64,000 nt of DNA from a virus, in the IMG/VR virus record IMGVR_UViG_3300027976_000028, positions 2,055-66,054 of that record; one strand, written 5' to 3'. A program made the position numbers and the translations under genes. Below the pieces are notes generated by a model. It saw only the letters and a list, made by a program, of their open reading frames with translations, was not told the origin of the DNA and did not search any database. This document shows positions 19,102 through 27,873 of this stretch, in pieces (position 1 is the stretch's first letter; every line of letters starts with the position of its first letter).

Positions 19102-19356
19102 TTAATCAGATTTGTTTTTTGTTACAATTAGAATCTCTTCAACATCGTTAAGGTCTGATTGGTCCTTGTCGAAGTCGCCCTTAAAAGCCTTTGTAATAGC
19201 CTTATTAAGGACCGCTGGTTTGATTTCCATTTCCTCTGCAATAGCTGCGACCGTTTCTCTGAGGCCCACGGACAGGTCATCTATTTCTCGCTTGACTTGA
19301 ATTCCTTCCTGGATCACTTTTGTTAGCTTGGCAATTTGTTCTGGTGTAAAGCTCAT
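19102..19356 (-). CDS. T4 DsbA/GapR-like dsDNA-binding protein
   Basis: EIDDLSVGLRETVAAIAEEMEIKPAVLNKAI helical pattern; AAGGGA SD; sigma70 promoter upstream. Confidence 0.6.
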   Translation of the reverse strand: MSFTPEQIAKLTKVIQEGIQVKREIDDLSVGLRETVAAIAEEMEIKPAVLNKAITKAFKGDFDKDQSDLNDVEEILIVTKNKSD

Positions 19357-19376
19357 ATATTCCCTTGTAAATATAC

Positions 19377-19405
19377 ATTTTACACTAATCAAGAGCAGAA
19401 GTCAA
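19377..19405 (-). promoter_or_regulatory. Sigma70-type promoter
   Basis: TTGACT-N17-TAAAAT. Confidence 0.65.
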
Positions 19406-19470
19406 CATAAGTTGTAGCCAATGGCTAAATGGGCTCGTCGATATAATGAGTCTTAACTTCTAGTCAAATT

Positions 19471-20337
19471 TTACATTACATAAATATTGCCCACGCATGA
19501 GTTTAGGACATCATCAAACATACTACCCATATCCATTGACAATGCATGGCTTGCATTGGCCCGGTCAGTATCGTTTCTAAATTCTGGATTCAAGTTCATG
19601 AACCGTGTTGGGTTGCCCCATGCCTTACGCCCGTATGTTAGGTTCATTGGAATTGGATTTAATGTGATATGGCCATCTTTGAGGTATTGTGCAAACATTT
19701 CATACATGAACTCGTATGGTCGTTTAATTAAATTACTGCGGCTACTCTTCTGTGTGCCAATTGCATTAAACAATGCATTATATTCCGCAGTTTGATCATA
19801 GTTCATTCTATCAGATCCAGTTCCGTATACGCCACTTTGCTTCTTTCCATAGCAATCAGCAAGTGTGTTATTAACCGTCGAGAAAAAGTGCTTCTCTGCT
19901 TCTTTCCAGTCGCCCCATTTGCGACCACTACCTGCCCTGGGACCATCATTAATAGCATTAATAGCATGTCCAAATCTATGCATCATTACCCAGGGAGTCA
20001 TCATTACTTTGGCTTCGCCACTATTCCCAACAAACACTACTGTAATTGCATCATTGCTATCTTTTAGAATCTGGGTAGCAATATCTGTTCCAAATATCTG
20101 GTCAAGTATGTTAGTATCAACTTTACCTATTTCAGGGTACTTGCCTGTGCCCGTTAGATTAGAGAAAAACAATCTAAAATCATATGGGGTATTTTCCAGG
20201 AACTTTGCAGTCTTTAATTGGTTAGTTGGATGAGGCACAAGTTTCTTATCAACACCGCGGAATGGTCCAGGTTTAGAGAAATCTCCAAGCGGCTGAAAGT
20301 CTGCCAATGGTGCTTCGGTTATGTCTTTAATTTTCAT
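19471..20337 (-). CDS. Putative internal head protein with a zincin-like HxxxH motif
   Basis: MKIKDITE leader; PWVMMHRFGHAI; TAAATA 5 nt upstream of ATG. Confidence 0.65.
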   Translation of the reverse strand: MKIKDITEAPLADFQPLGDFSKPGPFRGVDKKLVPHPTNQLKTAKFLENTPYDFRLFFSNLTGTGKYPEIGKVDTNILDQIFGTDIATQILKDSNDAITVVFVGNSGEAKVMMTPWVMMHRFGHAINAINDGPRAGSGRKWGDWKEAEKHFFSTVNNTLADCYGKKQSGVYGTGSDRMNYDQTAEYNALFNAIGTQKSSRSNLIKRPYEFMYEMFAQYLKDGHITLNPIPMNLTYGRKAWGNPTRFMNLNPEFRNDTDRANASHALSMDMGSMFDDVLNSCVGNIYVM

Positions 20338-20345
20338 ATCGATAT

Positions 20346-20501
20346 TTATGCTTGGCTATACGGATTGCACTTATAATCGCTATCGCCTGGAACGTTTTCG
20401 GGATATACTAGATAGTGATTGGGATTAGGCGTTGGTTCTTTACCAGGTACATAATTAGCGTCAAGTACTGCTACCCAAGCTGGGTTTACTGGTGTTGTCA
20501 T
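20346..20501 (-). CDS. 51-aa Pro-rich hypothetical protein
   Basis: MTTPVNPAWVAVLDANYVPGKEP...; start overlaps the upstream stop (ATGA). Confidence 0.5.
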   Translation of the reverse strand: MTTPVNPAWVAVLDANYVPGKEPTPNPNHYLVYPENVPGDSDYKCNPYSQA

Positions 20502-21400
20502 AGTTTCTTTTTGGCATTGCATGATAGCAGCAATGACGCTTTGACCTGTTCATAGATTGAATCTGCATATTGTTTATGCTGCATCGGGCCCGAATGCATC
20601 CCATCGCGTGCCTGCTTGAATTTGGTACCAGATGGATCACCTCTGCTAAAATTCAACTCAGGTGGAATCGGGAAGAATGCCCTAAATCTTGGATTGACAA
20701 ATCTCGGCAATTCTTTAATAAATAGCTCTGACCATGAATCGAGAATTATCGACGAATTATGCACCTTTGCAAAGAGTTCAAAGATATACAGGTTTTTGTT
20801 TGTTTGATAACTAAGCCAATTATTATCCATTACAAAATTAGTGAGATAATTTTCAAGTCGTGTTTTTTCATCTTGTGATGTACCTGAATGTATATACACA
20901 GTCGTTGGCTTTTTCATATGTGTTAAGAACAGTTCGGTACGTTCAGATCCAGGTAATAGACCAATAATTAAGTCAACATCCTTAATAAGGTGTTGGGTTT
21001 GACTTAGCAGACGAACAAGCCGGTCGGTTCCGTCACCAGCAGCTGATAAATTAATAAGTTGCAGGTCTATTCCGTCGTCGCGTAGTCTTTTTGCTAATAC
21101 CTCACACCAGATTGCTTCCTGCGGTAGCCCGATGCCAAACGTAAACGAACAGCCCATTGCAACAATCGTCGGTTTTGTAAAATCTATATTGTCAAACTCT
21201 TTGCACCGTAATTCAATTGAATTAACTGTATACGAAAATGATGACTCAACGTAATCAGTAATAGCAGTGCCTTCGACGTTCTTTTTAAAATTTTCCTCAG
21301 TATCTGCGGGCCACCATCTCCATTCATTATGCCCAAGTTGAGTAGCTGGTATGCACGATTGTGAATAATCTATGCCATCAAATGTATATGGTATAGTCAT
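20498..21400 (-). CDS. SGNH/GDSL-hydrolase-like protein
   Basis: AMGCSFTFG block I, NLSAAGDG block II, DGMHSG block V. Confidence 0.65.
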   Translation of the reverse strand: MTIPYTFDGIDYSQSCIPATQLGHNEWRWWPADTEENFKKNVEGTAITDYVESSFSYTVNSIELRCKEFDNIDFTKPTIVAMGCSFTFGIGLPQEAIWCEVLAKRLRDDGIDLQLINLSAAGDGTDRLVRLLSQTQHLIKDVDLIIGLLPGSERTELFLTHMKKPTTVYIHSGTSQDEKTRLENYLTNFVMDNNWLSYQTNKNLYIFELFAKVHNSSIILDSWSELFIKELPRFVNPRFRAFFPIPPELNFSRGDPSGTKFKQARDGMHSGPMQHKQYADSIYEQVKASLLLSCNAKKKL

Positions 21401-21636
21401 TTATAACCTGTAATTTCTGGCTTTTCGAACCAGAGTTTGAACCACGCATCTGTTCCGGGTTTAATATTCTGTTCACGTTGGATTTTACCTAGATTCTTTG
21501 ATTCTATTTTTGGTAACGGAGTTTCACGCCCCATTCTTACTGCGTCTAATACTGATGGATCAATATATGCATCTGGTATAGTGGGATCGATTTGATTAAA
21601 ATCAGAAGCGACAAACTTATACTGTTTCATTATCAT
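21397..21636 (-). CDS. Hypothetical protein
   Basis: 79-aa ORF coupled to neighbours; NIKPGTDAWFKLWF. Confidence 0.65.
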   Translation of the reverse strand: MIMKQYKFVASDFNQIDPTIPDAYIDPSVLDAVRMGRETPLPKIESKNLGKIQREQNIKPGTDAWFKLWFEKPEITGYK

Positions 21637-21842
21637 TCTGATTCAGTAACTGGCACTCCAGCGAGTTCGCATATACGGTTTGTATCAAGTTCGTCTCCTT
21701 CTTCTACGGTTTCAACCGTATAAGCCGTACCTCTTGCGGTAGAGGAATTGGCAAAGCCCGCCAACACCATAATACGGCTTAAATCCGGTACTTCGGATAC
21801 ATTAATACTACCATGTCCTTCATTTATTATTTTATTTGTCAT
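21633..21842 (-). CDS. Hypothetical protein with a short INE leader
   Basis: MTNKIINE-GHG; coupled ORF. Confidence 0.55.
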   Translation of the reverse strand: MTNKIINEGHGSINVSEVPDLSRIMVLAGFANSSTARGTAYTVETVEEGDELDTNRICELAGVPVTESE

Positions 21843-22021
21843 TTTGTTACCTTCTTTTGGCCATCTTTTAATGGTGATGTAGGGTAAAACTTAGCAAGCA
21901 TGTCTTTCATCGTATGTGTATTCACATCCACGCTAAGGGCGGTGGACCATCGTGGATCCTTTGCCTCGCTAGCATTGCGTGGAATATACCCACCGGATTC
22001 GCTCAATTCTTTAATCTTCAT
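21839..22021 (-). CDS. Small putative head protein
   Basis: MKIKELSE-SGGYIP leader; AGAGG SD in the hairpin arm. Confidence 0.65.
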   Translation of the reverse strand: MKIKELSESGGYIPRNASEAKDPRWSTALSVDVNTHTMKDMLAKFYPTSPLKDGQKKVTK

Positions 22022-22026
22022 AAAAA

Positions 22027-22055
22027 TGCCTCTACTGTATTTAGCAGTAGAGGCA
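22027..22055 (-). promoter_or_regulatory. Hairpin with the late promoter in the loop and the SD in the 3' arm (possibly also a terminator)
   Basis: TGCCTCTACTG-CTAAATA-CAGTAGAGGCA-TTTTT-ATG. Confidence 0.8.
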
Positions 22056-22076
22056 GTTGTTTAGCGGAGGTTATTT

Positions 22077-22244
22077 TTATGACATCCAGAAGTTACTGCC
22101 GCTGTTGCGACGATCCAGCCTGCGTACCCGCTCTTCTAAGTCTGAAGCAGTTTGTGCAGCATTAAGGTAACGCCTATCTTCCCATAACAATGTATCTGCT
22201 GGAGAACACATACAAGAGAAGAATTTTTTAAGTTCTTCCCACAT
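22077..22244 (-). CDS. 55-aa protein resembling the DUF3563 family
   Basis: RRYLNAAQTASDLEERVRRLDRR motif; not in the ORF track. Confidence 0.55.
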   Translation of the reverse strand: MWEELKKFFSCMCSPADTLLWEDRRYLNAAQTASDLEERVRRLDRRNSGSNFWMS

Positions 22245-22246
22245 AC

Positions 22247-22471
22247 TTACTCGCCCTTGGACGTTTTCTTGGGCTTTGTGAATGCTTCAAACGATGGCAT
22301 AACAGGGAAGCTTTTGTAAGCCTCGGTAATTTGCTCAGCAAATGTAGCGGCCAATTTTGTGTTTGCCTCAACTACAGATTTAGTGAAGGTGGATGTTGCT
22401 GCGACAAATTGTGTTGCTGCATCCTGAGCCAATTTTTGGCTTGTCTCTACTGATTTTTGAAAATCGAACAT
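22247..22471 (-). CDS. Phasin-like amphipathic helical protein
   Basis: 74 aa, Ala/Thr-rich, MFDFQKSVETSQKLAQDAATQF; AAAGGA SD; start reassigned. Confidence 0.5.
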   Translation of the reverse strand: MFDFQKSVETSQKLAQDAATQFVAATSTFTKSVVEANTKLAATFAEQITEAYKSFPVMPSFEAFTKPKKTSKGE

Positions 22472-22577
22472 AATAATTTTTCCTTTGTTAATGTACTTAC
22501 TAGTGGTTTCTACTAGTATATTTACCTTGCATCGCAGCAGAGTTTGCCCATAAGCCTGAAATAAGCTAAATATATGT

Positions 22578-23168
22578 ATGAGTACTATTAATATACAATA
22601 TTGCGCATTGCCGGAATGCGGCAAGCAGTTTAATAATTGGCGGACTAAATGTTGCTGCCGCAGTCATTCTGGAAGATACTCTTCTAAAGCTAAACACGGG
22701 ACGTTACATTTACCAAGCAAGACGCTTGATGAGATTAAACTTGCAAAGAAGGAAAAGTTGCAAATTAAGAAGAATTTTGTCGGCCCGTGCCAGCCAAACA
22801 TTACCAGAGTTTACACTAAGTACGACACTAAGTCGGTGAAACCTAAGCCACCCAAGCCACCGAAAATAAAGAAACCTAAGCCACCAGGAAAATCAATTGA
22901 ACAACAGAAGGCAGAATGGGTAGCCTATACGGTAAACCGACGCAAAAAGCGTGATTGCTCGATGCCATTATGGGCCAACAAAGAAAAGATATTAGCATTC
23001 TATGTAGAAGCGAGACGATTGACAACACTTACTGGTATTAAGCATGAAGTAGATCATGTAATACCGTCGAACCACCTGCTTGTATGTGGATTGCATAATG
23101 AATTTAATCTGCAGGTCCTGACAAAGACTGAAAATTGCATAAAGAATAATAAATTTGTTATTGACTAG
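22578..23168 (+). CDS. Free-standing HNH endonuclease with N-terminal Cys/His cluster
   Basis: PLWANKEKI..HEVDHVIP..VCGLHNEFNLQVL..ENCIKNN; own TAAATA promoter; opposite strand to neighbours. Confidence 0.85.
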   Translation: MSTINIQYCALPECGKQFNNWRTKCCCRSHSGRYSSKAKHGTLHLPSKTLDEIKLAKKEKLQIKKNFVGPCQPNITRVYTKYDTKSVKPKPPKPPKIKKPKPPGKSIEQQKAEWVAYTVNRRKKRDCSMPLWANKEKILAFYVEARRLTTLTGIKHEVDHVIPSNHLLVCGLHNEFNLQVLTKTENCIKNNKFVID

Positions 23169-23230
23169 GGTATTATGGACAAATTGATTCAATTAGGTGA
23201 AATTAGAGTTATTCTCAACTGGAACCACTG

Positions 23231-23425
23231 TCAATAATTGCCCTTGATGCTCAGCTGTAAATTCCGGGCTGCTCTAAATACATCTTCTACATCTGTAAAC
23301 TCTGATGGATTTTCTTGCATTGCAATGGCCTCATCAGAGGACCGCGCCATGACTATCTTCGTTGCACCACCACTGCTCATAACGGTCCACCTAACCAATG
23401 GTGCCGGGCTTCTTGGTTGCGTCAC
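23231..23425 (-). CDS. Small ORF, possibly the frameshifted C-terminus of the amidoligase
   Basis: Overlaps the last 35 nt of 23391..24857 in another frame; no clear SD. Confidence 0.35.
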   Translation of the reverse strand: MTQPRSPAPLVRWTVMSSGGATKIVMARSSDEAIAMQENPSEFTDVEDVFRAARNLQLSIKGNY

Positions 23426-24857
23426 GTTGCAATTTTACGTTCTTTAGCAGACTTTTTAGTCCATTAACGGAAAGCTCGCCAGCAGTAAATCGTGCAAAAT
23501 ATGCAATCGGATCATTGATATCTTTTGGTCCCAATAATTGATATAGCTTCTTTAGATATTCTTGACGATATTTTGTCGGATCAAGTGCTGCATCAAGTGC
23601 AACAACATACCTTAATAATGTAGGTTCAATTTTATCATAATATTTATTTAACCAGTCTCCGCCTGGCGCACGAAATTCGATATATCCATCATGGGTATTA
23701 ATTGTTGTATACTTTTGTGTATTGCCGCTATGGATAGCCTTTGTTGCAAATTCACTTAAATGCTCTTTCATCCGTCCTAATACTGCCGCTACATCTGCTG
23801 GACTATCGCGCATTTTTTGTTTAATTATCCCCATTGCTGATTTTGCATATGTATTGCCCTCTCGTCCAAACGATGCGATTATGTGCTCGTTGCCCATTAG
23901 TAATGCCAGTTTAATGTAATCTAATTTTTGGATACTATACTCGGGCAGGCTAACATTTATGTGTAATCCAGTGCTAGCATTTGTATAACATTTCATACTG
24001 GAACTGGTTGCCCATGCTTTTATCTTAACTAAATCGAGTAATAGCTGCTTAAATGGCAATGGTGGGCTAACAAACTCTAATCCACTTTCATCGCGATTAT
24101 CGGGTTGCAAGCTGCCGTCGGGCTCAATAATATAGGTATTAGCCTCGCGCTTTGCCCTATGTGCATCACCACCGTCATGATTAACTGGCCGCCCTATCAT
24201 AGTGCTAAATTCGTCAGCAAGATACGCAATGTCTAAGTCGCCTTCATCGTCACGAGTATGTTCGGTGTAGTAGGGCCACGACACACCGAAACTATTTTCA
24301 ATGGGTCTCATTGAGTTGTAGTTATCGCGTATCCACTCTCTTTCGGTGGTATCGTTGTGATTGTCATCGTGCCACGTGTTATTCCAATCCTCATACGCAC
24401 TGCGATAATGGCGATTTGAAACTCCGATTGCTGTATCTACGCTTGCTTGGATTTCATCGTCTGACGCTGCTGGATCAGCATCCCTGAAGTATGCCGTTAC
24501 TACTTCTTCTTTTTCTAAAGCCCAGTCATCGTTTTGTTTATCACCGAGCCAATCTAAGTACTCATTTTCAAGTTTATCTTTAACATCACGCAATGCATTT
24601 CTACCACTCTGCCCACCTTCATCAAAGAATCTAATAACATCGTCTATACTATTTGGTCTTTCGTCGTAACTATAATCAGGTTCACTATCATAATAATCGT
24701 CTAACCTGCCGTTAATGCTAATGCCCGGTACAATCATTTCAAATTCCATGCCAGCTGTGGCATTAATTTTGGAGGCTAACATACGCAAGCTACTTGGTGA
24801 CATGTTAAATTCGTTAAGTTGGATTGCTGTAAACGGGTAAATATCTTTAATTCTCAT
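23391..24857 (-). CDS. Putative amidoligase (COOH-NH2 ligase type 2) with a capsid-targeting-like leader
   Basis: AGMEFEM..IEPDGSL..GLEFVSPPL..TNASTGLHINVS..IEFRAPGG. Confidence 0.8.
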   Translation of the reverse strand: MRIKDIYPFTAIQLNEFNMSPSSLRMLASKINATAGMEFEMIVPGISINGRLDDYYDSEPDYSYDERPNSIDDVIRFFDEGGQSGRNALRDVKDKLENEYLDWLGDKQNDDWALEKEEVVTAYFRDADPAASDDEIQASVDTAIGVSNRHYRSAYEDWNNTWHDDNHNDTTEREWIRDNYNSMRPIENSFGVSWPYYTEHTRDDEGDLDIAYLADEFSTMIGRPVNHDGGDAHRAKREANTYIIEPDGSLQPDNRDESGLEFVSPPLPFKQLLLDLVKIKAWATSSSMKCYTNASTGLHINVSLPEYSIQKLDYIKLALLMGNEHIIASFGREGNTYAKSAMGIIKQKMRDSPADVAAVLGRMKEHLSEFATKAIHSGNTQKYTTINTHDGYIEFRAPGGDWLNKYYDKIEPTLLRYVVALDAALDPTKYRQEYLKKLYQLLGPKDINDPIAYFARFTAGELSVNGLKSLLKNVKLQRDATKKPGTIG

Positions 24858-24888
24858 TAACTATTTAGCAATTGTGATGCACTCAAGA

Positions 24889-25133
24889 GAGTCTGGCCGA
24901 AGCCAGACTCAATGACATAATGCGTGGACAAATTAGAAATAGTCAAATAGGGAATAAAAAATAGAAACTAGCAAATATGCGATTTAGTTAGGACATACTA
25001 GCAAACATCAAAATTTATAATATGATGCCCTAACAAGTCAGTTAGTTTAGAGTTTTCAGGTCTAAGCCATAAGGGTTATAGTTTTCGAGACTATATTTTA
25101 TTTCTAGCTACTCCACGGACTAAGGGGTCAATC
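24889..25133 (-). ncRNA. Candidate structured non-coding RNA / long 3' UTR
   Basis: 245 nt with no convincing ORF; long-range CGTGGA/TCCACG and TAGAAATA/TATTTCTA pairings; two GAAAAC-loop hairpins; terminal GAGTCTGGC-TTCG-GCCAGACTC hairpin. Confidence 0.5.
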
Positions 25134-25721
25134 TTAGTCTAGTCCAAGTTCAGCAAGCACAAGTGCAATCTGTCCAGGAACCTCAAACTCAGTACGAACG
25201 TTGATGGAAACCATCTCGTCCTTAATCTTCCGACGACGTCTGCGAATTGTTTCCAATTCAGCCTTTGCATCAGCAATAATGTTAGCAGGAACAACATTTA
25301 CCTCAACGGTATATGTAGAGTGCCCATACAAGCTTGCGCGAGCATTCTCCGCAGTTGATGCAGTTTTACGTGCTGTGATTTCAGCAGTAAGCACAAGAAT
25401 GTCATGCCGCGGTGTAAGTTCGGATAGAGCCTTAACACGGGTTTCAGCAGAAGCCAAGAATGCTTCCTCTGCAAGATAATCGGTAATACCAACCTGCGCA
25501 TTTTGTTTTGCAACGGCTGCACGAAGGTAGCGATTAGCATCCAACAGACGACCAGCCTTGTTATTTGATTCCAGAATCTTTGCTAATTGTGCGTCAAGGG
25601 TTGCCTCAAGACCAGCATCAAAGAGGCTAACATTAACTTCGGTTTTTTCGGAACCGATTCGTTTAATTTCATCAACAATAATTTGTTGGACTACAGATGC
25701 CTTGCGTAGATTTATTTTCAT
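25134..25721 (-). CDS. Helical/coiled-coil hypothetical protein (remotely DIP1984/DUF6847-like)
   Basis: 195 aa, MKINLRKASVVQ..KIKDEMVSINVRT; AAGGA SD; own sigma70 promoter. Confidence 0.7.
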   Translation of the reverse strand: MKINLRKASVVQQIIVDEIKRIGSEKTEVNVSLFDAGLEATLDAQLAKILESNNKAGRLLDANRYLRAAVAKQNAQVGITDYLAEEAFLASAETRVKALSELTPRHDILVLTAEITARKTASTAENARASLYGHSTYTVEVNVVPANIIADAKAELETIRRRRRKIKDEMVSINVRTEFEVPGQIALVLAELGLD

Positions 25722-25756
25722 TTTGTTTCCTTAGTAATGTATTGCACTATACGACT

Positions 25757-25785
25757 ATTATAGCAACATTACTATGGATTGTCAA
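25757..25785 (-). promoter_or_regulatory. Sigma70 consensus promoter
   Basis: TTGACA-N17-TATAAT. Confidence 0.85.
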
Positions 25786-26102
25786 CGGATTTCGGTAGAA
25801 TTGATATACCATTGTTGACCGTCCCTATTGCTTACTTCCAGGCCCCATTGAAGCTTCTGCGGGATAACTTGGTCCATCTCAAACTCAATTATATCACGTG
25901 CCGGGGTATCGACAATGTCCTGACATAGGTCAAACATATAGCACATTAAGCCCTGTTCATTTTTGTATTCGATAACATTATCGCTCATAACAAGGTCTGC
26001 AATTCCCTCGTGGATGATATCAGTCATCTCTTCAAATTCTTTATTAGTTAGTTCTCGGGCAACACATACTCTAACATAGTGTTTTGGTTCAACTGTTTCC
26101 AT
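25782..26102 (-). CDS. Hypothetical acidic protein
   Basis: 106-aa ORF; TAAATA and AAGG SD upstream. Confidence 0.65.
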   Translation of the reverse strand: METVEPKHYVRVCVARELTNKEFEEMTDIIHEGIADLVMSDNVIEYKNEQGLMCYMFDLCQDIVDTPARDIIEFEMDQVIPQKLQWGLEVSNRDGQQWYINSTEIR

Positions 26103-26161
26103 AAATGCCTTATCAATATACTATTTAACGTTGGCGTGCTGACGAAATTAGATCATTGCAA

Positions 26162-27049
26162 TTATGCTACGATCCAAACTGTTGCATTACGGAATACCGG
26201 AATAACTACTGCGCCACCAGCTACTACAGCCTCACCAAATGATGGTGTTAATGCATCGGTTACATACGCCCGATCTCCAATAGTACCGGCCGGCAGAGTT
26301 GCAACTGTGTATCCAGTAAGGCGCATCGTGTCAACATAACTCTTTGTTGTCAGATCAGTAGCAGCTACTGGCCCAGCAGGATTAATACCTGCATATATTG
26401 TTTCACTGTCACTTTTAACATATAATATTGTATCAGTGGTATTACTTAGCACACCATCTGTTACGACGCCAACGGCTATTTTAAATGCATTATCATCGTT
26501 AAATGCCCCAATGCTAAGGAATTTGCGATTAAGTGGATCACTTGAACTTGAAATGCTAAGTCGTGCTTCAGACACGCCGACTACATTCGATGCCGCCATA
26601 ATACGAACACCAGTCAAGTGATTAGTAGGAGGGCCTTCCACGCCGTCGGTAACAACTGTCGCTGGATCCGCTCTAAAATGCAAGCTATTGTTGAACACGT
26701 TTAGTTGTGACCATTTTACGTAAGTATTTGACGCAACGGTTATACCACCTGACACTGCCAACGATGATAATGTACCAACACTTGTTAAGCTAGATGAGGT
26801 AACATTGGCGGCAAGTGTATTGCTACCCAATGTAGCTGCCGCAGCAGACGATTGTGTCGTTGAGTCTGGAAATGTTATATTGCTTCCACTTGCCATTGCT
26901 AGTGCAGTTAATACACCAACACTTGTTAAGCTAGATGAGGTAACATTGGCGGCAAGTGTATTGCTACCCAATGTAGCTGCCGCAGCAGACGATTGTGTCG
27001 TTGTGTCTGGAAATGTTATCTTGCTTCCATCAATAACTAAGTTTGCCAT
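26162..27049 (-). CDS. Virion fibre-like structural protein with an internal duplication
   Basis: Thr/Ser/Ala-rich; repeat ITFPDxTTQSSAAAATLGSNTLAANVTSSSLTSVG; DLTTKSYVD; TLPAGTIGDRAYVTDA. Confidence 0.7.
   Translation of the reverse strand: MANLVIDGSKITFPDTTTQSSAAAATLGSNTLAANVTSSSLTSVGVLTALAMASGSNITFPDSTTQSSAAAATLGSNTLAANVTSSSLTSVGTLSSLAVSGGITVASNTYVKWSQLNVFNNSLHFRADPATVVTDGVEGPPTNHLTGVRIMAASNVVGVSEARLSISSSSDPLNRKFLSIGAFNDDNAFKIAVGVVTDGVLSNTTDTILYVKSDSETIYAGINPAGPVAATDLTTKSYVDTMRLTGYTVATLPAGTIGDRAYVTDALTPSFGEAVVAGGAVVIPVFRNATVWIVA
26774..27019. repeat. 105-bp direct repeat, period 141 bp
   Basis: Units 26774-26878 and 26915-27019 differ at one base. Confidence 0.9.
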
Positions 27050-27115
27050 TTATTTCTCCTTATTCGTACAAATATGTATCATTTGAGTATTTAGCCCTTA
27101 TAACAAAATATAGTC

Positions 27116-27466
27116 TCATAGTATTACTATGCGTTGGCCAGGCCCAACGGTCAAACTACTAGTAGCGCCAGAATCAACGAATGTTATTGGTCCAACTGCA
27201 TGTAGATTCTTTCCAGCAGGCGTGGTGTAATGTGTATTAATAACAGTGTTGTTTTCAATAAACACACCATCAACGCCGTCTATATCAGCCCCATTGATTG
27301 CATCGGTAAGCTGTGTGTTAGTAACAAGATCCCCAACAGTTGCAACACTATTTGCTAATTGTAGTCCAGAAAGCTTTTTAGTAACACCGTTAATAACAGC
27401 AACCAATTCGTCGTCTGCGTCAAATGTTATCCCTGGTGGTAATTCTGAAATTTTAATAATTGCCAT
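27116..27466 (-). CDS. Virion structural protein (fibre-associated)
   Basis: MAIIKISELP..DADDELVAVINGVTKK; VFIENNTVINTHYT..NLHAVGPIT. Confidence 0.65.
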   Translation of the reverse strand: MAIIKISELPPGITFDADDELVAVINGVTKKLSGLQLANSVATVGDLVTNTQLTDAINGADIDGVDGVFIENNTVINTHYTTPAGKNLHAVGPITFVDSGATSSLTVGPGQRIVIL

Positions 27467-27474
27467 AATTGCTC

Positions 27475-27873
27475 CTAACTAATATGTTGTAATGTAATAT
27501 AAATGTTATATGTTGCACTTATAGCAGTTCCTATATTACATTCAATATTCAATGTATTAACGTTTAACGATAGAATTATATCGCCGTCGAACGTTTCTTC
27601 AAATATGTCCTCGATACGTGTAATATTGCCACCAACTGTAATGGTGCCACGAATGTGTTTTGCTGCAACCCGACCATCTTGATCTTTAGCAAACATTTTT
27701 AAATTGTAAAATTCGGTTCCTTCGACATCAAATCCGTAGCCATTGCGGTCAAGGGCAAACGCATTTACTCCGTTACATACTGCACCAAGTACAATATTTC
27801 TTGCAGCCATTGCACCAACCCCAATGTTAAATTCGCTTGATGTAGTGCCACTTATATTGTTAAAGGTTTTCAT
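27475..27873 (-). CDS. Putative virion structural protein
   Basis: 132-aa beta-rich ORF in the structural operon. Confidence 0.6.
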   Translation of the reverse strand: MKTFNNISGTTSSEFNIGVGAMAARNIVLGAVCNGVNAFALDRNGYGFDVEGTEFYNLKMFAKDQDGRVAAKHIRGTITVGGNITRIEDIFEETFDGDIILSLNVNTLNIECNIGTAISATYNIYITLQHIS

